Origin: the human T2T-CHM13v2.0 reference genome, Homo sapiens
DNA length: 64,000 nt
NCBI RefSeq assembly: GCF_009914755.1
Contig: NC_060938.1
Reading direction: 5' to 3' (one strand)
Positions within the stretch are counted from its first letter, which is position 1, and each line of letters starts with the position of its first letter. Below are positions 27,203 through 42,349 of the stretch, piece by piece. The notes below the pieces were generated by a model. The model was given only the letters and a program-made list of their open reading frames with translations. It made no database searches and was not told the origin of the DNA. A program made the translations under genes and the position numbers.

Positions 27203-29090
27203 TGTTTTCTTAACTTTGATTAAAATAAAATAATTTTTACTTTGCGAAAATAAAGTTTAAGTGAAGGAAAACTTGAATTTACATTCAAAAATAGTTTGTG
27301 GTGTAAATTTGAAGCAACCTGATAGACTAAGATGCTGAGATTACCCACCTTCTGAAAATAATTAAAATTTCCAGAAAAGAACATCATTTTATAAGATTAT
27401 CTAGAATTCATTTAAGAAATTAAAAAAATACTCAGTCCAGAAACCAAGCAATTATGGGTATACAGAGAAATAAACCAAAGATGAATTTCAGCTTTTACAT
27501 TGATGGTTTTGCCAGAAATACAAATTTGTATGCCATTCTCTACATAACACAGGAGATAGAAGAGAAAACCTATGTCCTATTTAAGTGGAGAGTCTACTAG
27601 GAGATCTTTGCCTAAAACTTCATGTGATCCTGGAAATAAAGTAGAAGTAGCTCTTCTCCCAGGAAATTGAAAGAATAACCATCTATCTTAAGCTCCAGCT
27701 GTAAGTGAAGAGAGAAAAATACATCCTCTAAAAATTTACAGTCACAATTAATCCCCACATGAGTTTATTGCTGTAAAAGTTTATAAAATGAGAACTGAGT
27801 TTAAAGTACTCTGGGATGTCTAATATTTAAGGTATTCATCAGAAGAGAAAGCAGTCTTTTCTGAGGAAATCCCTGTTCATCACAGATATCAAAGAATTGC
27901 TGAGGTTAAGTTCCTGGTAAAATAAGGACCTAATAAAGAAGTCCCCATGATATGAAATTGAAAACAAAAAACAATACAATAATATTCAGCAAAAATTAAC
28001 TCCTGAAACTATAAGATTAAAATGTATTAAATAAATATATCAAGTATGTGTCAAAAAATAAAAGTTGTGGTAAAATATTAGTTCAGTACAAGAGTATTTA
28101 AGAAAGAATAAAAAAGAGTGCTTCGAAATTACAGATAGATAGATATAACCTGATATATATAAACCTGATATTTTGTCTTAATTTCAATTATTTTTATATC
28201 TATTGATATATATCTTCAATTATATTTATAATATACATATATTTATGTCTTCAAATATATATAAATAATTAAGACAGAATATTAGAGTCAAACTTTGAAT
28301 AGATTAGTCACAGTTAGAAAATTCAGAATCTTTAAAATATACCTGAATAAATTATCTAGAATTATATAGAATACAAAAATAGAGGTTAAAAGAAAAAAAT
28401 AAGAGAAAGACAAGTGAATGAAACTAGTATAAGTTTAATCAAAGTATTAAAAGAAAGGAGAGGATTGAGCAGAGGAAGTATTATTTTTAAAAAATGGATG
28501 ACAATTTATAAAAACAGCTTAAGGACAAGTCTTCAAATTTGGAAATCCAAACTTATCACCAAGAATATAAATTTTTTTAAAAAATCTGCATGTGGGGGTA
28601 AGGGTATCTGTGTATTTCTGTGTGTGTGTGTGTACAGATATCTTTTTGTGTGTACAGACATATATATACACACACAAATACACCACAAAAAGCTACATCA
28701 AATTGAAAATATTAAATAAAGGTTGAGAAAAGAAGATATAAAACTGTAAAGGAAGAGATAATTAGATTGACAGCTGACTTTTAAACAACAATAATGGAGG
28801 CAAGAAGCATTGGCAAAAGAGAACATGGAATTATAAGAAATAAATAATTAACTGAAAAGGAAGCAAAAAATATTTAGTTAAATAAAAATATTGCCAAACT
28901 AAGTAGCTAAACATAGCTGTATGCTCTTAACAAGAGACATATCAAAAATTATAAGGATACAGAAAGTTTGAAAATAAAAACATTAGAAAATAATATACCA
29001 GGAAAGTTTCAACTAAAAGAAATCTGGCATAACTACACTAATATCTGAAAATATATCCTTTAAGGCAAAAAGATTAATAAAGAAAATAAA

Positions 29091-29291
29091 GTGAGAGTAA
29101 AGGACAACCAAATCTCATCTTTTTCGTTAAGGACATATTTAGACTTGGGTTAACTTTCTATTTCTGTTTCCCTGGAAACTTGATAAAGTATACTGTCAGC
29201 TGTATTACCAGGCAAGGTTTCTTATGGTAAAAATGGCCATTGATTGATAAATTACATTTGACTTGAAGTATGGATGGCGTAATGGTAAATT
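29091..29291 (+). repeat. Donor of local duplication B
   Basis: Aligns without gaps to 26907-27107 and runs on into an MLT2 start. Confidence 0.95.
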
Positions 29292-29389
29292 TTTGTATAA
29301 ATTTTACTGGGATTAAGAAAGCTCAGGTAGCTGGTAAAACATTATTTCCAGGTGTGTGAATGTGAGGGGTGTTTTAAAAAGAGATTAGT
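29279..29389 (+). mobile_element. MLT2 LTR 5' fragment (ERVL)
   Basis: 'gtaatggtaaatttt...actgggattaag...gtagctggtaaaacattatttccaggtgtgt...gagattag'. Confidence 0.7.
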
Positions 29390-29734
<345 letters not shown>

Positions 29735-29740
29735 TTATCC

Positions 29741-29814
29741 GCATGTATGCATATGTAACAAACCTGCACATTGTGCACATGTACCCTAGAACTTAAAGTA
29801 GAATTTAAAAAAAA
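29741..29814 (+). mobile_element. Minimal L1PA 3' tip (about 60 nt plus poly-A)
   Basis: 'catatgtaacaaacctgcacattgtgcacatgtaccctagaacttaaagta'. TSD gaaaactacgttatcc / gaaaactactgtcatcc. Confidence 0.88.
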
Positions 29815-30471
29815 GAAAACTACTGTCATCCTAAGTAGAAAGACTAAATGATGAACCAATCAAAAATAATAACTACAACTTTTCAAGACATAGAGAGTTC
29901 AATAAGATATAAATAGAAACAATAAAAGGTTAAAAAGCCACGGGGGATGAAGTTAAGGTGCAGATTTTATATTAGTTTTCTTTTTGCTTGCTTGTTTATT
30001 TATGCAAAGAGTGATAAGCTGTTATCAAGTTTAAATAATTAGTTTTAAGATGGTATTTACAAGCCTCATGGTAACACCAAACCAAAAAATATACGATGAA
30101 TACACAAAAAATAAAAAGCCAGAAAATAAATAATATCACCAGAAAAAAATCTCCTTCACTAAAGGAAGGCAGGAGGAAAGAAGGAAGAGAAGACCATAAA
30201 ACAGCCAGAAAACAAATAACAACACAGCAGGAGTAAGTTATTACTTATCAATAATAATATTGAATGTAAATGGACTAAATTCTCCAATCAAAAGACAGAG
30301 TGGCTGAATGGATGAAAAAACAACACTCTTTGATTTACTGCATACAAGAAACACTCTTCACTTATGAAGATACACATAGGCTGAAAATAAAGGGATGGAA
30401 AAACATATTCCATGCCAACAGAAACCAAAAAAGAGCAGGAGTTGCTATACTTATATAAGAAAAAAGATTTC

Positions 30472-30840
<369 letters not shown>

Positions 30841-30853
30841 TCAATTCAGTAAG

Positions 30854-31682
30854 AGGATATGAACAGACACTTCTCAAAAGAAGACATAGGCATGACAAAG
30901 AGGCATATGAAAAAATGCTCAACATCATTAATAATTAGAGAAATGCAAATCAGAACCACAATGAGATACCACCTCAACACTAGTCAGAATGACTATTATT
31001 AAAAAGCTCAGAAAAGAACAGATGTTGGCAAGTTGTGGAGAAAAGGGAATGCTTATACACCACTGGTGGGAGTATAAATTAGTTCAGCCAGTGTGGGAAG
31101 CAGTTTGGAGATTCCTCTAAGAACTTAAAACAGAATTACCATTTGATCTAGGAATCCCATTATTGGGTATATACCCAAAGGAATGTAAATCATTCTACCA
31201 CAAAGACACATGTGTATATGTTCATCACAACACTAATCATAATAGCACAGACTTGGAGTCAACCTAAATGCCTATCAACAGTGAACTGGTTAAAGAAAAT
31301 GTGGTACATATACACTATGGAATACTATGCAGCCTTAAAAAAGAATAAGATAATGTCCTTTGCAGCAACATGGATGGAGCTGGAGGCCATTATCCTAAGT
31401 GAATTAATGAAGTAACAGAAAAGCAAATACTACATGTTCTCACTTATACATGGGAGCTAAACATTGAGTACACATGAACACAAAAAAGGGAGCAATAGAC
31501 ATTGAGGCTTACTTGAGAGTGGAGAGTGAGAGGCGGGTGAGGATCTAAAAACTACCTATAGAGTATTATGCTTATTACCTGGGTGCTGAAATAATCTGTA
31601 CACCAAACCCCCACAGCACACAATTTACCTGTATGACAAATCCTTCCATGTACTCCCTTAACCTAAAACAAAAGTTAGAAAA
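30854..31682 (+). mobile_element. L1 3' end (L1PA15/16-like)
   Basis: ORF2 C-terminus plus UTR 'aaaactacctat...ttatgcttattacctgggtgctgaaataatctgtacaccaaaccccc...acctaaaacaaaagtt'. Confidence 0.88.
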
Positions 31683-33241
31683 TAATGTGAAAATTAAATA
31701 AAAATTAATAAATAGGTAAACTTCGACCTCATTATTACTCTGTAAATGAACTAAAAGTTCTTAAACTACCTTGACATTTAAGTTGCACATTATCCTGGAC
31801 AAGAAACCTATGTAAATTACTCATCCAAAGACAACAGATGTTTTTGTTTCCTTAAATCTTAGAAAATTATTTTGTCTAAATACATATAATTAAAAAATAA
31901 AATTATTTATTCACTGAATTTGTTGGTATGTATGCCACTGTGACAATAAGTGTTATATTTCCATCCTTCCCAGGTGTTATAAAACTGAAAATTAAATATA
32001 CTCAATACATATGAAACCTTTCCTCACTCAAAAGTTTACAGTGCAGCTTTTTTCCTCTTCTTTACCTTTCCTTCTTGTTTTCTTTCTTCCTATTCATACT
32101 TTTTTAAAATATGTTTGACCATATTCTAAATACTACTTTGAATAAAAGCATAATTGCTTTTACTAGAATGTAAATAAAAATTATTGTGGAATTAGGTGTT
32201 ATATTTATTAAGGAATAAAATAAGCATTTTTCTTTCTAGTGCTTGAAATAATATTGTTTTAATTGTTCCTGAACATTTGTAAATTAGTCTTTATCAGATG
32301 TTTTGGCAAACTTGCCAAGCAGAGTGAAGGTTAAAACAGTAACTCAAAAAGTGTTCTTCGTACCACAATTCACACTTCCTGCTTAAAATCTGAGGAATGC
32401 TCTCAACTGCGTATTTCATTTAATTAGTAGGTCTGATCAAAGGTAGGTGAATAAGAGTTCAGTGTTTTCTCATAGGTATAGATATATATAAATGGCTTCA
32501 TTACATACTTATATCTATATTCATGGGTAAATTTTAGAATTACTAAAGTGTTTCCTCTCATTTGAAACAAATACAGGAATTTAGATTATATTTGCCATCA
32601 AAATTAATCATCGCATTGTTTTTCAAACCTAAATTTGTACTAAACATTCAGTTACTACTAAATCTATTGAACATCAAGTGATTTCTGATGTTTACTATAA
32701 AACTGCTTCTTAATTATTCAGTTTTTCTATTCCCCTACTTGTCAACATTCCATCACATTATCTTCTTCCACATATTTAGTATTGAGAACCTTTAATTAAT
32801 AAAGTACATTTAATAATTTACAAATTTCTATGAAAAATAAGAAGATTGAACACAGTCATTTTGAATCAAAAAGGTAATCCCAAGGAAAAAAAGTTATGTT
32901 GATCATAATAATCCTTAATCACAATGGAAAATAAATATGTAGAAAATCTCAGTTTAGAAAATATTCTTCGGTGCCTCTAAAATGTACTTTTTTGAATAAT
33001 AAAGTATGTGAATGTAAATGAATTGAGAAAAGTAAAAATCTTGGGAGTATTGTTCTGATGAACTCTGGAAAACTCTTCAGAGCTATAATCCTCCTTTCAA
33101 ATAAATACTTCTGGAATTTTTCTAAATCTGTTTTTACTCTGTAAATGATCACACAGTTTTGATATAAAATTCCAATGAATATTCAGAATTTGGTATTTAT
33201 TTGCATGAAAATTCTAAATGCAGAAGATAATGCCACTTGTC

Positions 33242-33602
33242 TGTAGGCCAACAATAGCTTAAATTTCCTTTATGAAAGAAACACCTGGTAAGTGACCGGG
33301 ATTAAATACCGGTATAAGAAAAGGGAAAGGATTCTCAAACCTCTAAGAATGGTCTCCAGACAGACACTATCCTGGTAAGCAGTTAACTAATCTCCTTACT
33401 ACATATGGCCCCCCAATCCCTGACTGTATCTGGCCAATTCCACTGGCCTGCTTCTGTTACCTACCATGTAACAGGGGTCCCACAATAAAGTGCTAAAACA
33501 TCAGTGGTGTCTAAGACTCATTTTTGACACAAATTGGACCAAAGGGGAAAAGTTATCCCCGGGAAGCTGACTAAGTAGGAATACCCCAAACCCTATTTCT
33601 CA
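33242..33602 (+). mobile_element. Probable solo LTR, family not assigned
   Basis: 360-bp GC-elevated island with TG...CA ends, a TATA-like 'gtataaga' and an AATAAA about 115 nt from the right end. Confidence 0.4.
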
Positions 33603-33814
33603 ATTTTATGCTATCTTCATATTTGCATTTCACATGAGTTTCTTCTAGATATTATACAGTAGGGTCTTGGTTTTGCATTTTTTAAAACCTAGTCTGAAAA
33701 TCTCTTTTAACTATTTATATAGTTAGGCTTAAATATGTAATTTTGATAGTTATTTTCTAATTTTCATTTCCTATCAGTTTGAGGTCCTTCAACAAGGAAA
33801 TAAAATGAATTACT

Positions 33815-34797
33815 CAACATGGATTAAAAACTTAAATACAAGACTGGAAACTATAAAGTTCTAGAAGTAAACTGGGAAAACACTTCAGATCATTGTTCTA
33901 GAAAAAGATTTTTATGACTAAGATCTCAAAAGAACAGGTAACAAAAACAAAAATAAACAAGTGGGACTATACTAAACTAAGAACTTTTTGCATAGTAGAG
34001 GAAACAACAGAGTGAAGAGACATCCTCTTGAATAGCAGAAAATATTTGTAAAATATGCATCCAATAAGAGACTAATATCCAAAATATACAAGTAACTTAA
34101 ATAATAGTAGAAAGAAGAAGGAAGGAAGGAAGGAAGGAAGGAAGGAAGGAAGGAAGGAAAGAAGGGAGGGAGGGAGGGAGAGAGAGAGACGGAGGGAGGG
34201 AAGGAAGGAGAGAGAGAAAAGAAGAAAAGGAAAGAAAGAAAAAGAAGAAAGAAAGAGGAAGGAAGGGAGGAAGGAAGGGAGGAAGGAAGGAAGGAAGGAA
34301 GGAAGGAAGGAAGGAAGGAAGGAAGGAAGGGAAAAACACAAATAATTCCATTAAAAAGAAGGCAAAGGACATGAATAGACACTTCTCAAAAAACACATCC
34401 AAATGTCTAACAGGTGTATAATGCTCAACATCACTAATCATCAGGGAAATGCAAATCACAACCACAATAGGATATCAGCTTACCCCAATTAGAATGGCTA
34501 TAATTAAAAAGGCAAAAACAATGGATGCTGGTGCAGAGACAAAAAAAGGGAACTCTTATGCACTATGGGCAGCAATGTAAAGTAATACAACTGCTATGAA
34601 AAACAAAATTATCTCGAAAAACTAAAAATAGAATTATTATATGATCCAGCGATCCTACTACTATGTATTTATCCAAAGAAAAAGAAATTGGTGTATCAAA
34701 GAAATACCTGAATTTGCATGTTTATTGTAGCACTATTCACAAGAGCAAAGATGTGGAATCAACCTAAGTGTTTATCAATGAGTACATCGATAAAAAA
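33815..34797 (+). mobile_element. L1 (L1PB/L1MA-age) ORF2 3' fragment containing a purine microsatellite
   Basis: 'atggattaaaaacttaaat', 'ggcaaaggacatgaatagacacttctc', 'gcatgtttattgtagcactattcacaa'. Confidence 0.85.
34110..34332. repeat. Compound (GGAA)n/(GGGA)n/(GA)n polypurine tract
   Basis: Uninterrupted GGAA runs at about 34120-34159 (10 units) and 34281-34328 (12 units). Confidence 0.95.
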
Positions 34798-36599
34798 TAT
34801 GCTAAAGGTTTTCCAAATGGAAGTACTACAGTTATTAGCACACAAAAAAAGAGAAGATAAAAGCAAATCAAAAAGTGTGCTAAAATTATGGAGTTTAGCT
34901 TGTGTCTAATTTAATCTGATTTTAACTTACAAAAAATCAATCTGACAGCAGGGTAGAGAATGCATTGTAGAAAGACAAATCCCAAAAATTAGAGACTAAT
35001 TTTGAAGCTATTATAGCTCAGGGACAATATGATAGATGGTTTAATTATCAGTAGCTGTAGGGATAGAAAGGAAAGGTTGAATATGATAAACGATATGCAA
35101 AAACCTATACAATTTGACTGAATGGGGATAAAAAATGAAGGACAGAGAGGTGTCTACTACAAATAGTATAGGAAAAAGAAAGTTATTGATAGTTTTACCT
35201 GAAGAGTAAAAGGACTAGATTTATATTTTTAAAAAGTCTTTCTGAAGAATGCATTTGGGAAAGAGAAGAAACAGGGTAAGGAAACAATTTATGAGACAAA
35301 TACAATATTTCAAATAAAACTGTTGGGAACCCAAAGTAATATAAATGAAGGAAAGTTGACATATAAATTATATGAATTATTTGCTCAGACTCATCTATTC
35401 TACTAAATTCTACATGTGAATTCAACACTTCATGTAATTTACATGGAAATGAATGGCAGTCAGACATCGTTAAGGCATGTATCTTTAATAACTTTAAATA
35501 GTTGAAGAAGGATCTGAAAATTTTAGGCATATGTGTGATTTGTATACTGTTCCCCACTTGAAACTAATTACTTTGAAAAGAACCATATATAAAATAAAAA
35601 GCAGAATTTCTTATTTTGGGACCATGATTATTTCAGAAATTTTCAAAGTAATAGTTTGTCTCTTAATGCCTAAGAAAAATGTGCTTGACAAGAGCACTTT
35701 ATTTAGTAAACATGTATTGACCTCCTATTTTATATTACATTCTACATGTTGTACTTGCATACGTATGCATATATATGTATATACTGTTAGGCATATGTGT
35801 ATGGTTTTATATATGTTTATACATGACACATATATGTGTCACTGTGACTTTGTACCAATAATTATATAAGATAGTGAATTAAATGTTTTGTGAGAATTAG
35901 AAAAGCATGCAAAAGTCTGTATATGGTGATACGGTCCAATAGGAAGGTAGCTTCTTAGTTGAGATTTAGAAAATGAACAGGAGATCAATGAATAAATAAT
36001 TTACTGATAGACACATGTTGGAACAAAGAGCAGATGTAAGAGTACAAATTTTACTAGTTCAAACTGCCAAAATGGTGCATGTAAGAAAATGAAAGGAGAA
36101 AGAAGCATAAACTGTGGTTAGCCAGAATTTTGTGATTTAATCTTGTGAGAGTGGGGATATTCTGAGCTTTAAAGAGGGGCATATCATCACATTTCTAGTT
36201 CAGACAGAGGCTCAGTAATAATATGATAATAAATTGGAGTATCAGGATTTGTGCCAAAGAGAAGAATATGATCTCTGCACTCATGCTCCCTGGAGAAGGA
36301 GCATATATGGGACAAAAAAAAATTATCTTCAGTTATGTTAAATGTTAATATGGAAGGTCCAAGTAAAAGCCGCCTTCAGGCTCAGGCAAAAGGGCCCCAT
36401 TCTGGGAGCTGCTCTTTAAGGGACTCCATATATCAGAAACAGACATAGAAAATAAATGTGTTAAAGCAACACATAGACACTTCTATCTTTTGGGATCTGG
36501 TGTTCAGTACTGGGGGCACAAACTATAGGCCTAAATTTTTGCTCTAATTACTAAATTGGTTTATATCCCAGAAATGGTTTCGTATAATGTATACCAATT

Positions 36600-36907
36600 A
36601 CACAAAAGGTGGTTGTGTCTGAATATCACAAAAGTTTGTGACATAGAGCTTAACCAGCTTCAAGTAAAAGCTTAAAGGGCATGGAATATTTTCACCAGCT
36701 CTCATCTCACTTTTTTCCTTCTGCCACAAAAACAGCATTTCCCCAAAGGGACTGGGTCCCAGAATGAAGAGACACAGGGAGAGAAGCACCAAAGCAGCAA
36801 AGCATTGGTGCTTGACATGGAACATGAGCAAGAAGTAAAGGTTTGTTGGCATAAGATGTTAAAATTAAAGGGCTTATTTGCTATTTCAAAAAAAGCTGGC
36901 TAATAAA
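36600..36907 (+). mobile_element. MLT1-type LTR fragment
   Basis: 'ctgggtcccagaatgaagagacac...acatggaacatgagcaagaagtaaaggtttgttgg...gctggctaata'. Confidence 0.55.
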
Positions 36908-37384
36908 ATTAGAAAGGAATGAAGGCAAAGAGGGAGTGACAGAGAGAGGAATAAAGACAGTGAGTACAGACAACTCTAAAACACTCTTCAATGTGAGAAA
37001 GAGAGTTTTAACTGTAAGGAGACTTAGAACAGAAAAAAATATTTTAAGACAGTGGAGAACTGCGTATACCAGAATACTGATCTGATATAAAGGTGCTGTT
37101 AAGGAGAAGATATTTAATATACAGGCAGAGAGAGTGAGATTACTGAGAACGTGGGATGAAATGGAGTTCAGAAAAAAAGTGGAAGAGTTCTCCTTCAGTG
37201 GACACATTTTCCTTGATAATCTGTGGTCAAGAAGAAATACTGCATGCAGAGAAGTTAGTAAATGGGGAGGCAGGAAGTTGGGGATTATTATTTTCTGTTT
37301 AAAGGTAGGGACAATCTGAGGCTGTGAGAAAGCAAGAGGAAAGTGGTCCCAGATTTGAAAGAAGTAGAGGAATATTAAGACAGT

Positions 37385-37516
37385 GTAATCCCAACTACTC
37401 AGGAGGCTGAGACACAAGAATTGTTTTAACCCGGGAGGTTGAGGTTGGAATAAGCTGAGATCATGTCACTGCACTCTGGCCTGGGTGACAGAGACTCTGA
37501 TTTAAAAAAAAAAAAA
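37385..37516 (+). mobile_element. Alu right-arm fragment
   Basis: 'gtaatcccaactactcaggaggctgag...ctgggtgacagagactctg' plus A-tail. Confidence 0.85.
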
Positions 37517-37806
37517 GTGAAATAAATAATGAAATCTGGCAACAAATATCTAGAAAAACTTCTGGGTATATTTAAGCATCAAACAAACTTGGAGACAATG
37601 ATTTATAGAGACAAACATCTCTCACACTTCTAAGGAGTGTTTAGATATCTATGAGCTATACAGAAAAACTAATTAATCCAAAGATTTATCCAGGGTTGGT
37701 GCTTTACCAAGCTGATGCAATGGAATTACAATTATACAAAGGTTAGGAGGATATTGGCAAAAGAAGTACTGAAGTAAGAAAAAGGGCACTTAAGATCGAG
37801 GAAAGA

Positions 37807-38210
<404 letters not shown>

Positions 38211-39702
38211 CTAACGAGGGTTATTTTAAGTAATTGGATAAAAGTGGATTATAAAAAATTGTGGTTATATTACATTTAAACAGACAAATATAGCTTAATT
38301 CAAAGAAATGGGTTTCTACTGGTGACATTTTCAATGTCTATGTAGAGTACTATATAAGATCCACTCAGAAGTTTCCCATCTATGTCACTCTAGGCAGCAC
38401 CTTACTCAGCTACTGTGAAAAGTCCACTAGGTTCATGCCCACTGAAAAAAAACCTACTAAAAGAGAATTCCAAACCAATAGGAGCACTCTTTTTCAAAAC
38501 TGTCTATTGCTATTGATTTTCACTTCTTCCAAACACAGTATAAGTTTTCCTGATGAGAAATAGATTAGCTTGCTTCAATTCTAACTTTGATGAAAAACTG
38601 AATAATAGACCAGAAACAAAATAAAAAGTAACTTAGTATGTTTCTGTAATTGATTTTCACTCATATTTCTCTTGACACATTGTCCAGATTAAAAGTAAAC
38701 AAAGTTTCTTTTGATCACAGGCATGGAATTTCTATAGGAGACAATCACAGGAAACCCACTTGTCCATTCTTTTTGACCTCAAAAATCCAAGAGTCACTGA
38801 AATTTAGGACTGTGCTAAATTGGGCTCATATTGAGAAAAACATTTTATAGTTCATTTGCCAGGAAGAAAAACTTTGAGGTTCAAAGATAACCTTCTATCA
38901 TCTTCCATTCTTTTGAAATAATGTGTGTTTTCCACCTCCATGCACATAACGTTTACCCAATTTTAGTCTGAAAATGTTCAATCTATAGTGAAGCCCTTTT
39001 GAGAGGGCAAGGGGAAGAGGTTAAAAAAAGATCTAAGGAACCACAGGAATTTTTTTAAACCAGTCCTGATATCCATCTTTAGTCACTGATGTCTCTGTAT
39101 TATTCTTTTACATTACCATGGGTTTTAAAATATACAAAGTTAAAAATAAATGGAGTCCTATTTCAAAATCTAGTAAATACTTTGTATATCTAAACTTTAA
39201 TTATCTTTTATTTATTGGGATGCAATGTACATTACAAAAAGTTTCATCTATAGACTTCATTTTAGCTAATAGCTATAAACTTTGTCTACCATTTATTCTT
39301 TTGTTAAAACCACTGGAAAATAGAATCCATCTTTCTTCTTTTATGCTCTCATCTTAAGGCAGTAATGAGCAGGAGAAGGAAGAAAAGGCTTAGAAGTCCT
39401 CTTGGTCCATGAAATGATCCTTTTCATAAAAATAAGGTATTTTTTTTTCATCTAAGAGTACCAAGATGTCTTCAATCTGAAGGTTTATAAGATCTTTGGA
39501 TGCCTGGAGTCCCAAGTTCACTCATAGATGATAGATATATAATAGATGATGGGAGATGGGAGAGACAGTGAAGATATTTTGAAATTCTAAAGCCCTCTGC
39601 AACTTTCAGACACCTCTCACCTTCTTAAAGATTTATGTACTCTCTGCTTCTTTGTTTTCACCTCGTAATGGTCTTCACTCCTTTGCTGCATTTCTACAGC
39701 TC

Positions 39703-40112
<410 letters not shown>

Positions 40113-42349
40113 TAACATTACCTCTCTCGGTAGCCTTTTATATTATCCTCTTTTCTCCGTTCCCATGTTTCTCATCATCACCATCTCTCAAGGAAGAAAT
40201 GCAAATTATTCTTGCTTGACTATGCAAAACAACTGCAATACACATACGACTTGCCCTCTCTTACCCAGGCTAGGAGCTGCAGTTGAGGTAGAGAAGAATC
40301 CTTTAAATTGAGAAGCCCATCAATGTGTTTTCTTAAACAAAAGAGCCATCTAACTCCAGTGATTATTTTAACAGTTATTTAGGTGTTTATGGTTTATTTT
40401 CAGTGGTCATTTGTTTGTACTCTTACCTAAGCTTTGAAAGTTGGCAGTTTGGTAGGGAAGACTAACTGTGTATAAATATTTGGCAGAGAAAGTAAATGAC
40501 TGCTGGTACATTGTGACAAAACTGCCTAGAGCTAATTTAAAATACTAAATGCATATAATGATTTGGGATAAGAGGTCTACTATCTTAAAAGCAGAATGTT
40601 TAAAAACACATTCTAGGTCAACAAGTGTCTAAAATATCTGGATCAAAAGCAACAAAGAATGCATCATATGACAAGCAATTGAAAATTTTCCAGCTGTTTC
40701 AGATTGGTCTCTCTGGATTAACTTCAATTTCAATCTGTTCCACTTTGCCCTAGCCGACCCACATAGTTCAGACCAAATCAGCACTCCTTAACAGTAGGCA
40801 CTTTAAAAAAGGAAAATAAGCATATTCAGAAGGTACATAGACGAAGGGAAAAAGTAGAAGTAACATCAAGTATTCAGCTTCCTAATATCTCAGGCCTCCT
40901 TCTGGGATGGAAGACTTATGTAGGTCCCCCATTCAGACTCAGTGCACATGAATGATTTCCATGGCTCCTTTGGACACACTGCATCTGCATGCATCCCCAT
41001 TCTTCAATCTCAGCAAAAGCTAAGGAAAAGTATTTAAGTATAAGCGGAGCACTTTGACTAAATGAATACAAACACATCTCTAGCAGCACTAATCTGTGGC
41101 CTGAGCTTGGGATTTCTACAGTGCCTCTCCTCTTGATTCATAGCCATTGATGCTAAACAAGATTTCCACTGCTCCCTTTTTATAAAGTGGGAACATATCC
41201 CCCATTTGTTTATGCTCTCAAAAAAACTCAGTCAGAATAACAAGGATTAAGCCATTATTGGCTTAACTTCTTTTTCCATAATACCGACTCTCTGATGCTA
41301 CGACATGCTACAAATTTAGCTTCTTTTTGCCTCCAAGAGAAGAAAACCATATCTAAAGGAGGAGTCCAAACTCAGAATCTCATGTTTAAATACACGTAAA
41401 CAGATATTCAGTATACACCTGCTATATCAATAACCACATGTTTAGTATGCAGTTTTCTTTGTACTCAGAACCACATTACTTAAAATGCAAATGTTTAGTG
41501 TCACATAAGGTGAAACCTCTAAGCGATGCCTTAATGATCAATTTCACCTACTAATCCTGAAATCTTGTTATAATAGCAATAGTGTGTTCTGGCAGTGATA
41601 TCTATACAGTCAAATGTTCTTTTTACTATTTCAGAATTTTGTTTCTCTAGGCACTAAAAATAGTGCAGAATACATGGGGTTTTCTATGTTGTTTCCCTTG
41701 AAATCTTAAATAAGTGTAGCTCTGTTCAAAATTCAAAAACTTCTAGTGAATAGGAGTTGGAATGGAATAAGGACCACCAAAACTGAAAAGACTAAGAACC
41801 ACCAAGTCTTGCAAATGCATTTAGATTGGATATTGCCCAATTCAATATAGGCTGCCACCCCAACTCTGAAACTGCTTAGTGAAGAACTAGTGTCAGCAAC
41901 GGTGCCAGGATCTCAATATTGTTCACATACATAATCTCTAGTAAGTTATACCCAGACTATTACTACCCCTTCATATTCTGCATTATGGCAAAAACATTTA
42001 GTTTAAATTGATGCAGCATAGCACAGTAAAATTCACATGATAAAACAATTAAGCTTTTTGCTTCTTGGTTACAATAAGCCTCCAGATTCTCATTTGTAAA
42101 ATGATGAAAATAAGATTATAAATCTCATAGAGGCCTTCTGAGGATTATATGAGCTATTGCCAATAAAGCACTGAATAAACTAAAAGGGCAAATCCTGTAA
42201 AAAGTATAAATAGTAGCTACTAATATTATTATTCCTTCAGACTTTTTCATTAAAGTAGTACTAGGTTGAGAACAGTATATAATTTTGAATCAAATGAAAT
42301 GTCTATATTTTTGATAATAATACTTTCATATTAACATCATCCTAATATC

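Larger units (their letters stand above)
34915..37790 (-). mobile_element. Scattered L2 fragments (about 34915-35320, 35900-36360, 36910-37790)
   Basis: Purine-rich plus strand with L2 antisense motifs such as 'gagaatgcattg', 'gatttatatttttaaaaagtctttctg' and 'ttcagttatgttaaatgtt'. Confidence 0.5.

Noticed and set aside
33972-34465. (PSFL)n repeat ORFs
   Set aside because: Translation of the (TTCC)n microsatellite.
35195-35557. 120-aa minus-strand ORF with apparent AG/GT sites, in phase with the 33138 acceptor
   Set aside because: At least 35210-35320 resembles L2 sequence, which readily gives stop-poor pyrimidine-rich frames. No recognisable homology.
36881-37417. 178-aa hydrophobic ORF
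   Set aside because: Starts in an Alu fragment and runs through L2-derived sequence.
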